In this document: positions 1-10,415 of the stretch, one piece after another | Layout of the letters: each line of letters opens with the position of its first letter | How positions within the stretch are numbered: the stretch's first letter is position 1 | Source of the DNA: Takakia lepidozioides | Taxonomy: Eukaryota; Plantae; Bryophyta | DNA length: 64,000 bases | Assembly: GCA_030704615.1 (NCBI GenBank) | Contig: CM060732.1 | Span: 18,476,001 to 18,540,000 of the forward strand | Direction: 5' to 3' | Translations under genes and position numbers: made by a program | Notes under the pieces: model-generated | Told to the model about the DNA's origin: nothing | Seen by the model: the letters and a program-made list of their open reading frames with translations, nothing else | Databases searched by the model: none

Positions 1-1020
1 GTGCGGCAAGGCCATGGAATGTGCACCTAGGGTTTCAGAGCTTGGAAGAAGAGCTCTTGCACCACAAGAGAAGTGTCTTGTGGCTGGAAATGTAAGCCTT
101 AGGGTTTCAGGAGCTTGGCAAAGGCTGTGGAGTGCTTAGTCTTGTCTTAGAGAGCATCAAGGAGCCAAGGAGCCAAGATAGGGGGCTGATATCTCTTGTG
201 TGAAGAGGTTGCATGTGTGGAGCATGTATTCAGCTCATTGAAGCTTCCATCTTCAAGCTTGGAGGGCAAGCAAGGAAGAGGGAAGGGCTGACTTCCCTTA
301 TGTGAGGGCAATGCATGTGTGGAGCATGCTATCAGCCTGGTGAAGGCTTGCACTTTTAGGTGTGGGAGTGCAAGAAGGAAGGAAGGGGCTGGTTTCCCTG
401 TAGGGCATGTAGAGCATGCTTTCAGCCTGCTGAAGCTTGTATTTTCAGGTTTGTGGGTGCAAGAAATGAAGCAAAGGAGCTGATTCTCTTATGGTGAGAG
501 TGGGGCATGTGTGGAGCATGCCTTCAGCCCATTGAGGCTCTTGTTTTCAAGCCTTAGAGAGCTAGAACGGAAGGTCTAGGGCTGGTTTCCACTTGGAGTG
601 AAAGAAAAGCACTTGTAGGGCCTATGTGAGTTGGGGTTTCAACTTCAAGCTTGAAGGGAGCGCAACTCTTGAAGCAACAGGTGTAGAGGGCTGGAATAGG
701 CTCTAAGACAGATGCTATGGCCAATGAGAGTGCTTGAATGAGTGCTCACAAGGGCTGGGAACCAGCAGGGCTTGGTTGTTTGCCATTGAGTTTAGTGGCG
801 TGTTTGGGGAGGCTAAGTGAGAAAGAAGGCTTGGTTTGTGGCAACCACCTCATGGCTTAGGGCTACTATGGTGGTGTGTGGGAGCCGAAAGAGCAAGGAT
901 ACCTTGCTGATTTCCTCACAGCCACCATAGCTCGGTGGAAAGAAGCCTAGAGTCCAAGAGACACAAACCCTAGCTTGGCGTGGCTAAACCCCTTGGAGAA
1001 ATGGCTAAACTGCCAGAGCG

Positions 1021-2600
1021 GCCATGTGTGGGGCTGTGACAGGCTGTGGCAAGCTGTGACAGGCTGTGCCCATGGCCTTTGGGGCTGTGACGGGCTGTGA
1101 GGGGCTGTGACAGGCCGTGCCTGAGGCCTTTGAGGCTGTGACGGGCTGTGAGGGGCTGTGACAGGCCGTGCCCATGGCCTTTGGGGCTGTGAGGGGCTGT
1201 GATGGGCTGTGTCAGGCTGTGACAGGCTGTGCCCAGTGGCCTTTGGGGCTGTGACGGCTGTGCGGGGCTGTGACAGGCTGTGCCCTGAGGCCTGTGGGGC
1301 TGTGAGGGGCTGTGATGGGCTGTGCAAGCTGTGACGGGCTGTGATGGGCTGTGATGGGTTGTGACAGGCTGTGCCCTGTGCCCTGTGGGGCTGTGACGGG
1401 CTGTGTCAGGCTGTGACAGGCTGTGCCCAGTGGCCTTTGGGGCTGTGACAGGCTGTGCCCTGAGGCCTGTGGGGCTGTGACGGGCTGTGGCGAGCTGTGA
1501 CAGGCTGTGCCCATGGCCTTTGGGGCTGTGACGGGCTGTGAGGGCTGTGACAGGCCGTGCCTGAGGCCTTTGAGGCTGTGACGGGCTGTGAGGGGCTGTG
1601 ACAGGCCGTGCCCATGGCCTTTGGGGCTGTGAGGGGCTGTGAGGGGCTGTGACAGGCTGTGCCCTGTGGCCCTGTGGGGCTGTGACGGGCTGTGTCAGGC
1701 TGTGGCGAGCTGTGACGGGCTGTGACAGGCTGTGCCCAGAGGCCTTTGAGGCTGTGACGGGCTGTGAGGGGCTGTGACAGGCCGTGCCTGAGGCCTTTGA
1801 GGCTGTGACGGGCTGTGAGGGGCTGTGACAGGCCGTGCCCATGGCCTTTGGGGCTGTGACGGGCTGTGAGGGGCTGTGACAGGCTGTGCCCTGTGCCCTG
1901 TGGGGCTGTGAGGGGGCTGTGACAGGCTGTGCCCAGAGGCCTTGAGGCTGTGACGGGCTGTGAGGGGCTGTGACAGGCCGTGCCTGAGGCCTTTAAGGCT
2001 GTGACGGGCTGTGAGGGGCTGTGACAGGCTGTGGCCCTGTGCCATGTGGGGCTGTGACGGGCTGTGTCAGGCTGTGGCGAGCTGTGACGGGCTGTGACAG
2101 GCTGTGCCCAGAGGCCTTTGAGGCTGTGACGGGCTGTGAGGGCTGTGACAGGCCGTGCCTGAGGCCTTTGAGGCTGTGACGGGCTGTGAGTGGCTGTGAC
2201 AGGCCGTGCCCATGGCCTTTGGGCTGTGACGGGCTGTGAGGGGCTGTGACAGGCGTCCCTGTGGCCTGTGGGCGTGAAGGGCTTTGTCGGCCGTGCTGAG
2301 CCTTTGAGGCTGTGACGGGCTGTGAGGGGCTGTGACGCCGTGCCTGAGGCCTTTGAGCGGTGACGGGCTTTGAGGGGTGGACAGGCGTGCCTGAGGCCTT
2401 TGGGCTGTGACGGGCTGTGAGGGGCTGTGACAAGGCCGTGCCTGAGCTTTGGGGCTGTGAGGGTCTGTGAGGGGCGTGACAGGCCGTGCCTGAGGCCTTT
2501 GAGGCTGTGACAGGCTGTGAGGGGCTGTGACAGGCTGTGCCCAGTGGCCTGTGGGACTGTGACGGCTGTGACCAGTGAGCTGTGGGGCCTGTGCTGGTCT
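1021..2600 (+). repeat. Tandem minisatellite of about 10-bp GCTGTGAC(A/G)G / GCTGTGAGGG units with higher-order ~60-bp organisation, in the retroelement 5' leader
   Basis: Directly visible. It generates the spurious low-complexity minus-strand ORFs. Confidence 0.95.
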
Positions 2601-2860
2601 GTGGTGGCCCGTGTTGACTGTGGTGGCCTGTGCTGACTCGTGAGGCACTGGTGGACTGCCTTAGGACTGGCATGTGGTCTGGAAGGCCGAATTTTGAAGC
2701 TCGTGGAGGGCGGTTTGAGGAGTATCTTCATGATATTCCATGGTCATGCAAGTTCAGGTGTAGGCTATGTTAGGAACTTAGTATTCCAAACCATAAGCCG
2801 CAACAGGTTCTCTACCCGGTTACCTTGTGGAGAGGGGGTTAGGGACATGTTCATGACCGG

Positions 2861-5770
2861 TTGAGTGTCAACACGGAGGTGCCACTAGTTGCTGGGGACA
2901 GTGCCGGTTCGAGCACTAGCGATACTAGTGGGTACACGAGACGAGGTGTGCGGTTTAGGCCACCTTCACCTCCTGTGTCTTCTACGGAAGGTTCTGATTC
3001 GGATTGTGAATCAGGAGGACTCATACCGGCGGTGCAAGTTGTTTCTTTGCCATTGTTGTGGGACACAATGGAGGAGATGTATGGAGCTACCAAGGGGCCA
3101 CGAAGGTACTCTGGGGCGGTGGGCACCATCGAGTTGGATGATTTTATCCAAGAGTTTGATAGTTGGTGTGATTTGCAGCAAATGCGCAATCCACAACTAT
3201 TTACGCCTTTCATGGCATGGAAAGGGCTGTTTCAGCACCTTGAGGGGCCGCCTATGGATGATTACCATGAGTTCAGGCGGGGGCATGAGGTTGAGATCGA
3301 GGAGTGGAGGATGTACTGGTCACCCGACTATGTCTCCATCACTAGGGGCACTAGAGCCACGAGGGCAGTGGCTACACCTGCCGCTGCACCGGCAGCTTCA
3401 GCAAGCAGCAGTGGGACTGGTGGTACAGTAGCTACGACGTCCACCCAAGCCACTACCGCACCAGCACTAGCACCCGTGCCTGCCTTCAACCCTGTTGTGG
3501 AGTTCTTCGAAGAGTTGAGAGGGAACTACCAAGGGGTGAGGACAGAGAAGTTGCGGAGCTTGCAAGAGTTCCAACGGAAGCCGACCGAGAGCTTGAGGGA
3601 GGCTTTCACTCGCATGAGGCGCTTGATAAATGTAACCCAAGGGGTTACGGAAGCTCAGGCAGTCCAATTCTGGTATGGGATATTGGACAAGGAGCTGAGG
3701 AGAAGGGTGCGGGATGCAACTCTCCTACAAGCGGCCCAACCCACCTTAGCAAATGTGTTTTTGCTGGCAGAGCGGATAGAGCTCAACATGGTGGAGGAAC
3801 GAGTGGTCATGGTGGGATTTGCTAAGGAGACACCACGGGGTAGTGGTGCTCCTAGCCAACCACTACCTCAACGTGCTCAAGGCAACAAGGGGGCTCAGGT
3901 GAAGCTCAGGGAAGGGCAGAGAGGACCTCAGATGCAGGGGTCTCTCCCTTCATTTGCTGGCCAACAACGGGCGGATGTGGTGTGCTGGACATGTGGAGGA
4001 CCCCATGTCAAGAAGGATTGCCCAGAGGGAGGCAAAGGGCCGGCACATGCACAGCCTGCACAGTTGCAGTGTGGGCATTGTGGCAAGCACGGGCATGGAG
4101 AGGCCCAGTGTTATGGTTTGCATCCTGAGTTGCGCCCAGGCCAGTTCCAAGGGAACAATGGTGGCCGGGGGCGAGGTGGAGCAGCCCAGAGAGGACGAGG
4201 TGGCCAGCCACGAGGCCAAGGGCAAGCTCAACGTGGCCAAGGACGCGGAGGTCAGGGTGTTGACCAAGGCATGGCCAACCGGCTTCAGCAGCTAGAGCAG
4301 AGGCTCGCTGCCATGGCTACAGCTCAGGTGGTACCGGCTCTAAGGCCGGATGGTCCACCTCCTGCTCCTGAGGGAGGAGATATGGGAGGCATGGGATTCA
4401 TGTGTGGAGCAGCACTACCACTAGTGCAGGTGGAGTCTGCTGCAGCCGTGACTCGAGGAGCAGCACGAGTTCCTGAGCCACGAGGTGCAGAGGTGGAGTT
4501 GGATCCACAGCGTGGGGAGGCAAGCCGTCAGGCTAGGCTTCCTCAGTCATTCACATTGGCGGAGACAGTGTCGACGCCATCCATGGCACCTAGTTCTCGC
4601 CCGACTGTTACCGAGGCGGAGGTTACTATGCCATTGGGGAGAGCTACACGGGTAGCACCACTACCTAGTGTTGCCAAGGCTACGGCAGCTAGTGTGCTGC
4701 TAGGAGCGGCCACATCTGTGTGCCAGGCTCCATTGTTCTCGGCTACCATGATTGCGACGCCGGGGGTAAGACCAGCTGAGGTGTTCAGGCTGGCAGCTAC
4801 ACTCTGTGAGAGTGGGGAGGTTACTTCATCTTCTGCGGAGATAGTGGGAGGTGTAGTGCCGGAGGGATCCTCGGATTTGAGGGTCAAGACTGCCACGGCG
4901 GCGCCATGGCAAGCTGCAGCTGCCAGGTTGATGGAGCTGCCAGCTAGGCCAGCCATTGAGCGCGCCATGGTGACACCTGGAGTTGTCATGTTAGACAACC
5001 AGGATGGCATTTTCTGTTTGAGTGGACCGGCAGGCAAGAGGTACCGGCCACTGCGGGTCTTGTTGGACTCGGGAGCTCAGCCATTGATGCTGGGCAGAGC
5101 TGCTATTGCAGGCTTGGGCCTCACGGAGGCGGATATGGAGCCTTGTCCTTTCCAGATACAGACGTCTCTGGGAGGATCGGAGCAGGCTCGGGGCATGACA
5201 CGGCGTGAGTTGGCTATCAGACTACGGCCGGATCACCCTACAGATGGCTCAGTGATGCGAGCCAAGGCCATTGTGACAGACGCAGTCTCATACGATGTCC
5301 TGGTTGGTGGGGCAGTGTTGTACCCCATGGGCTTCACCCTGGATTTTTGGGAGGAGTCAGCTTCCTATAGGCCTGCATGGCAGTCAGGGGAGGGCCGGCG
5401 TGTGCAGCTCCCTGTGACGTTCATAGGAGGAGTTGCGGTTGCCCAGCGAGGCAAGATGCCGACACTAGCAGCATTCACAGCGGCAGTGAGTTGGCCTAGA
5501 GAGTTGCTTGAGGGCAATGCTCATTCAGAGGATGTACCACCTCCGGGAGAGCAGGATGACATGTATGGTATGGCGGAGTTGCCTACCATGGTTGCTCAGA
5601 CTCCATTGTGGGGCACGAGCAAGGATTTGCAGCGGGATGCTGATCGACGGGTGCAACAAGCCTGGGTGGAGGCTTTTGTACCGTCAGGAGAGGAGGAGAG
5701 TGTGGGGATTGCACCAGGACCACCTCAATTGTCTCCATTGGACACCTATTGTGTGGCAGTATCCGGATGA
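2861..5770 (+). CDS. gag: Gag-protease portion of the retrotransposon polyprotein
   Basis: Capsid-like region (FQRKPTESLREAF...), zinc knuckles CWTCGGPHVKKDC (~3983) and CGHCGKHGHGEAQC (~4070), RG-rich tract, aspartic protease LLDSGA (~5060). The annotated start is TTG; the first ATG is at 3068. Confidence 0.9.
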   Translation: MSVNTEVPLVAGDSAGSSTSDTSGYTRRGVRFRPPSPPVSSTEGSDSDCESGGLIPAVQVVSLPLLWDTMEEMYGATKGPRRYSGAVGTIELDDFIQEFDSWCDLQQMRNPQLFTPFMAWKGLFQHLEGPPMDDYHEFRRGHEVEIEEWRMYWSPDYVSITRGTRATRAVATPAAAPAASASSSGTGGTVATTSTQATTAPALAPVPAFNPVVEFFEELRGNYQGVRTEKLRSLQEFQRKPTESLREAFTRMRRLINVTQGVTEAQAVQFWYGILDKELRRRVRDATLLQAAQPTLANVFLLAERIELNMVEERVVMVGFAKETPRGSGAPSQPLPQRAQGNKGAQVKLREGQRGPQMQGSLPSFAGQQRADVVCWTCGGPHVKKDCPEGGKGPAHAQPAQLQCGHCGKHGHGEAQCYGLHPELRPGQFQGNNGGRGRGGAAQRGRGGQPRGQGQAQRGQGRGGQGVDQGMANRLQQLEQRLAAMATAQVVPALRPDGPPPAPEGGDMGGMGFMCGAALPLVQVESAAAVTRGAARVPEPRGAEVELDPQRGEASRQARLPQSFTLAETVSTPSMAPSSRPTVTEAEVTMPLGRATRVAPLPSVAKATAASVLLGAATSVCQAPLFSATMIATPGVRPAEVFRLAATLCESGEVTSSSAEIVGGVVPEGSSDLRVKTATAAPWQAAAARLMELPARPAIERAMVTPGVVMLDNQDGIFCLSGPAGKRYRPLRVLLDSGAQPLMLGRAAIAGLGLTEADMEPCPFQIQTSLGGSEQARGMTRRELAIRLRPDHPTDGSVMRAKAIVTDAVSYDVLVGGAVLYPMGFTLDFWEESASYRPAWQSGEGRRVQLPVTFIGGVAVAQRGKMPTLAAFTAAVSWPRELLEGNAHSEDVPPPGEQDDMYGMAELPTMVAQTPLWGTSKDLQRDADRRVQQAWVEAFVPSGEEESVGIAPGPPQLSPLDTYCVAVSG

Positions 5771-6730
5771 AGGCATTTGTCTTCTGGACTTGTTTGGCGG
5801 GATCAGCACCGGATTGGCTGCTGTGTTACAGGCAGGTGTACGAGTTCGGCGTTACCTGTATGTGGAGAGGGATGAGACTGCACGACGCGTTTCACTTCGC
5901 CATGTTGCTCAGTTGGTGCAGCGGTACCCTGAGTTGTTGTCGGTGTCTGCAATTCGTGGATATCAGCAGGCCTTGCCAGCAGACATTTCGTTGCTGGGGG
6001 CGCAGGATTTGGAGCGGGTTGGCTCCATTGATCTGGTAGTGGCAGGTTGGCCCTGCCAAGGGCATTCATCAGCCGGGCATGGCAATGGATTGCGAGACTC
6101 GAGGTCGGGTCTGTTTTGGGAGATGGTGCGGGTTTTGCGCCACTTGCAGCTTCATCAAGCTGTATCTCCAGCATACATCTTGGAGAATGTGCCACTGATG
6201 GGCGATTCTCGGGCCAGGGTGATGGCCAGTGTGCATCAAGTCCGGTCGTGGCTTGGGTCAGCAGTGTTGCTAGATGCAGCTACAGTGGGGTCACGGGCTC
6301 ATCGTCCACGGCTATGGTGGACTAACTGATGCCACCCGCACTGCTCAAGCGTGCATTTGATGGGGTGCAGCGGCCAGCACATCTCACAGTGGATAACATT
6401 CTGGACACAGGGAGGCAGTCTCAACGTGTGAGACACGATGACCGTTCGCCTTTGGCAGTGGTCAACAAGGTGGGTCAACCACGAGCAGCATTACCTACAC
6501 TGCTCAGCTTCCCAGGATCGCATGCTTTCCGGGATAGTGGACCTGGCCTCCTGTGGGATGCTCAGTTGCAGCAGTTAGTGGAGCCTAATGCTGACGAGCG
6601 TGAGCGGGCAATGGGTTTTACCACTGGTACCACGGCGGTGTCGTCTCTTTCTGAGGCATCACGTCGTCAAGTGTTGGGGCAAGCAATGGATCTCAATTGC
6701 TTGACCTGGATTATCAGCTTGGCTCTGGCT
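5745..6730 (+). CDS. DNMT3-like C5 DNA cytosine methyltransferase domain within the retrotransposon polyprotein, split by a 1-nt frameshift near 6327
   Basis: Motifs in order: I LLDLFGGIS, II YVERD, III ADI, IV AGWPCQG (catalytic PC, ~6048-6060), V SGLFWE, VI YILENV (~6183), VIII AHRPRLWWTN, IX RERAMGF, X RRQVLGQAM. Confidence 0.92.
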
Positions 6731-7021
6731 GAGCAACGCAGAGTGCGGAATACACTTCCCTCAATGGTCTCTCTGCCTACCGAGACGGTACAGGCAGTGA
6801 GTGGGGGCGAGCATGTGAGGACCACGGGGTGCATGCATCCATGGCACACGTGGGAGGTGCTCGAGGTTCAGAGGGAGTTGGCAGCCAAGGCGGCTGTGAT
6901 GGATGAGGTTGGGGATTCTTCTCGGGTTGAGGAGGTCCTCAAGGATGAGATGATGGGGCAGGATGAGGCCTTGTCATTGACTGAGCAGGCAGGGAGTACT
7001 GCTCAAGAGGTTGCAGCATAG

Positions 7022-9913
7022 CAACCACGGGACGCGTCCTCTACCTCTAAGCCCACTGGACTTAAGGTTGTAGTTACGGAGGACAATTGGGAGCCTGACA
7101 TTGGACCCATTGTCACCGGAGGAGAGAGACGACGTATACGGCGGTTCCTGAGGGCTTACAGGAATTGCTTTGCCTTCAGTTTGAAGGACTTGGGAGCACT
7201 GAAGGGTCAAGAGATCCGTATTGAGTTGGCCACTGACACGCCAATCTTTCGGAGACCCTATAGATACAGTGACATGGAGAGGTCTTTGATTCAGATGAGG
7301 ACTCAAGATCTCTGGGAGGCAGGTTTGGTGGAGCTCTCTGGTGGAGAGTATGCTTCAGCCACAGTGATGCCAGCCAAGAAGGATGTCTATGGCAATTGGA
7401 CGGAGAGACGTATGTGCGGTGATTACCGGCCTGTAAATCGTCAGACCAAGTCCGATAAGTATGCCATGCCAACACCAGAGGAGATCTTTGATGCCATCGG
7501 GCATGCTAAGGCCTTTAGCACTTTGGATTTACGATCCGGATATCACCAGTTGCCAATCAAGGAGGCGGACAAGCAGAAGACGGCATTCTGGGGGATCAAT
7601 GAGCACGGCAAGGATTGCCTATATCAGTGGCGGTTCTTACCATTTGGGCTTAAGAATGCTCCTGCAGAGTTTCAGAGAGTCATGGATAGGATTCTAGCAG
7701 GGGTGGACTTTGCTCGGTGCTACATAGATGACATCATCATCTTTAGTGTTACGATGGAGGAGCATGAGAGACACCTTCAGGTGGTATTGGAGCGCTTGAG
7801 AGCGCACGGATTGAAGTTGCATCCGGGGAAGTGCAAGTTTTTCCACAACCAGATTGAGTATCTGGGTCACATGATATATCCTGGAGGATTGGGGGTACAG
7901 CAGACTAAGGTAGAGGCCATTGCACAAATTCCACGCCCCACGGATGTGAGCCGAGTTCGAGCTTTCATGGGGTTGGCAAACTATTATAGACGGTTTGTCA
8001 AGGGATTTAGTACCATTGCAAAGGCTCTAACCAAGCTGACCAAGGTGGACCAGGAGTGGCAGTGGGAAGATGAGCAGGAACGAGCTTTTCAAGAGCTCAA
8101 GGCGAGGTTGACCTCGGCGCCTATCTTGAGACGACCTATCAGGGGGCGTCCCTTTCAGCTGCATACGGATTGGAGCATGCTGGGGCTTGGAGCGGTGCTC
8201 ACACAGGTGGATGATGAGGGAAGAGAGTTCGTAGTGGCTTACGCTAGCCGCTCGAACAACGCTGCAGAGGCTAAGTACAGCTCATATGAGGGAGAGTGCT
8301 TAGCTGCAGTGTGGGCCGTGGCACACTTCAGGTGCTATCTATACGGCAATCTTTTCACCCTTGTCACGGATCACCAGCCACTCAAGTGGTTGATGGAGTC
8401 AGACAAGCTTACGGGGAAGCTTGCACGGTGGGCACTTATACTCCAGGAGTATGACTTTCAGGTTGTGCATCGACCGGGTTTGGTCAATCGGGATGCGGAT
8501 GGATTGAGTCGCAATCCATGCATGAGCCAGCAGGATGACACTGGAGCTCGGTGGCATGGTGAGACGGACGAGGAGATGGTGCCGGGATGGCACGCATCTG
8601 CATTTTTGTGTATCTTGGCATCGGGAGGTCAGATTGGACCTACAACAGGGATGACTGTAGACGGAGTGTCTGAGGACCCTGAGGCTAGTGATGAGCTAGG
8701 TGGTGCCAGAGATATACATGAGGATTCGGCTGTGTTGGACTACCTCCGCACGGGAGACACGGCAGCCATTGTGACTGCCAGGGAGAGGGATCGGATCCTG
8801 CAACGAGCCAAGAGGTTCAAGTGGGAGGGGATACACCTACTTCGAGTGTGGGAGGATGGTCGGGTGAGGATTGTGCCTCACCCCACACAGCGTGCACGGT
8901 TAGTGCGGCATGCCCATGAGGAGTTGGGGCATTTTGGAGTGCGACGCACTCACAGTTTACTGCAGGGGCAGTATTGGTGGCGTGGTATGCATACAGAGGT
9001 GCAACAGTTTGTGGCTAGGTGCATGGTGTGTGACAGGGTGCGTGCTTCATTCAACGCCCCTACACCACAGTTGCATCCTTTACCAATCATGGGATTGGGC
9101 TACAGGTGGAGTCTTGACTTCGCAGGACCGTTGCCACTGACTATGCGCCACCACAGATATGTGTTGGTGATGGTGGAGCACTTCTCCAAGTGGATTGAGT
9201 TGGTTCCATTGCCTGACAAGGCTAGTGAGGGGGCTGCGTATGCATTCTTGGATCGTGTGCTTAGCCGATTTGGTGCTCCAGCTGAGGTACTCACGGACCA
9301 AGGGAGAGAGTTCTTGGGGGAGTTTCAGGCTTTGTGTGATAAAGCCTTGATAGACCACCGCACCACTTCTCGGGATCATCCTGAGGCCGATGGCTTAGCA
9401 GAGAGAGTTGTTCAGACGGTGAAGAGGGGTTTGCGCAAGTATGGCTTGCAGAAGGGACACCTAGGAGATTGGGATCTTCAGGTTCCTTGGTTAGCCATGG
9501 GCTACAGGTTCAGCAAACAAGCATCACTTGCCTCCTTCTCACCATATTTCCTTCTCTTTGGCCGAGAGCCGGATTTGCCTGCAGCCATTCGTAGGGACAC
9601 TGCTCAAGTCCTTAACCTTGACGATCCGGACGTGTGGGTACGTGCATGTGATCAGCGTGCAGAGTTGTTCAAGAAAGTCATGCCCATGGCTTTTGAGAAC
9701 CTTGCCATTGCACAGCACCGTGATACGTTGAGGTATGCCACTATACGTGGTGGAGGATATCGTCCTGGGGTTCGGAGGTTTAGCCCTGGTGACTATGTTT
9801 ATTTGCAGCAGACTGCTCCTACGACTCTGGATGTTACTGCAGGGCGTGTTATTCTGAGGGTTCGAGAGGTGTTGCCCTCAGGGGTCCTGATCTTGAGGGT
9901 CGGGATGGCATGA
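7022..9913 (+). CDS. pol: Pol: reverse transcriptase, RNase H, integrase
   Basis: RMCGDYRPVN, LDLRSGYHQ, PFGLKNAP, YIDD (RT); LHTDWS, ECLAAVWA, TDHQPL, ADGLSR (RNase H); HHCC HAHEELGH...CMVC, SLDFAG, LTDQG, LAER (IN). The frame is open from just after the TAG at 7019-7021. Confidence 0.96.
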   Translation, partial: QPRDASSTSKPTGLKVVVTEDNWEPDIGPIVTGGERRRIRRFLRAYRNCFAFSLKDLGALKGQEIRIELATDTPIFRRPYRYSDMERSLIQMRTQDLWEAGLVELSGGEYASATVMPAKKDVYGNWTERRMCGDYRPVNRQTKSDKYAMPTPEEIFDAIGHAKAFSTLDLRSGYHQLPIKEADKQKTAFWGINEHGKDCLYQWRFLPFGLKNAPAEFQRVMDRILAGVDFARCYIDDIIIFSVTMEEHERHLQVVLERLRAHGLKLHPGKCKFFHNQIEYLGHMIYPGGLGVQQTKVEAIAQIPRPTDVSRVRAFMGLANYYRRFVKGFSTIAKALTKLTKVDQEWQWEDEQERAFQELKARLTSAPILRRPIRGRPFQLHTDWSMLGLGAVLTQVDDEGREFVVAYASRSNNAAEAKYSSYEGECLAAVWAVAHFRCYLYGNLFTLVTDHQPLKWLMESDKLTGKLARWALILQEYDFQVVHRPGLVNRDADGLSRNPCMSQQDDTGARWHGETDEEMVPGWHASAFLCILASGGQIGPTTGMTVDGVSEDPEASDELGGARDIHEDSAVLDYLRTGDTAAIVTARERDRILQRAKRFKWEGIHLLRVWEDGRVRIVPHPTQRARLVRHAHEELGHFGVRRTHSLLQGQYWWRGMHTEVQQFVARCMVCDRVRASFNAPTPQLHPLPIMGLGYRWSLDFAGPLPLTMRHHRYVLVMVEHFSKWIELVPLPDKASEGAAYAFLDRVLSRFGAPAEVLTDQGREFLGEFQALCDKALIDHRTTSRDHPEADGLAERVVQTVKRGLRKYGLQKGHLGDWDLQVPWLAMGYRFSKQASLASFSPYFLLFGREPDLPAAIRRDTAQVLNLDDPDVWVRACDQRAELFKKVMPMAFENLAIAQHRDTLRYATIRGGGYRPGVRRFSPGDYVYLQQTAPTTLDVTAGRVILRVREVLPSGVLILRVGMA

Positions 9914-10155
9914 CTTGGAAAGACCATGTGCGTAATTGTGCGCCATGTCACCTTCCCAATGTCGATGGCAGAGTTGACCCAAACTTGGCAGTGGTACCTG
10001 CAGGTTTGAGGTGCATGCTCTGTGGGTCTGCCAAAGGGGCAGCCACCATGCTGGTGTGTGATCGATGCTCAAGGGGTTGGCATATGGGATGCTTGACACC
10101 ACCTCTTGAGAAGGTTCCTGACGGAGATTGGTTGTGTCCACACTGCTTGGGATAG
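9910..10155 (+). CDS. PHD finger (C4HC3) at the integrase C-terminus, joined through a 1-nt frameshift near 9895
   Basis: CMLC...LVCDRCSRGWHMGCLTPPLEKVPDGDWLCPHC is a canonical PHD pattern. Restoring one G in TTGAGGGT gives a continuous ...LILEGRDGMTW... Confidence 0.92.
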   Translation: MTWKDHVRNCAPCHLPNVDGRVDPNLAVVPAGLRCMLCGSAKGAATMLVCDRCSRGWHMGCLTPPLEKVPDGDWLCPHCLG

Positions 10156-10415
10156 TGGCAGTGGACATGACTGGAGGCAGCTAACAAGACATGGGAGGCC
10201 AAGCTCATAGGAGTCAATACATGAGATCCCAAGCTCAAGTTCACAGGTTGCAAGACGGCGACTAACGATGGGGCAACTCTTGCACCCGGCCTCTTGATCT
10301 ATCGAGTTTGAGTGTAGTAGGGATAGTGGTGGAGGACTTAGTGAGGCTATGGTCACTATCACATCTTGTGGCTACCTGGACTTAGAGGGACCTAAGCACC
10401 AGCTAGGGGGGCGAT

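Noticed and set aside
947-2731. Long minus-strand ORFs (up to 441 aa)
   Set aside because: They are translations of a stop-free minisatellite, open in all three frames.
2760-2860. Primer-binding site for the Gypsy element
   Set aside because: No LTR end followed by a TGG tRNA-complementary motif is identifiable; the 5' LTR appears to lie outside the window.
5745-6730. Host DRM/DNMT3 gene or bacterial restriction-modification contamination
   Set aside because: The domain is intronless, not circularly permuted like DRM, and collinear with protease and RT in a polyprotein.
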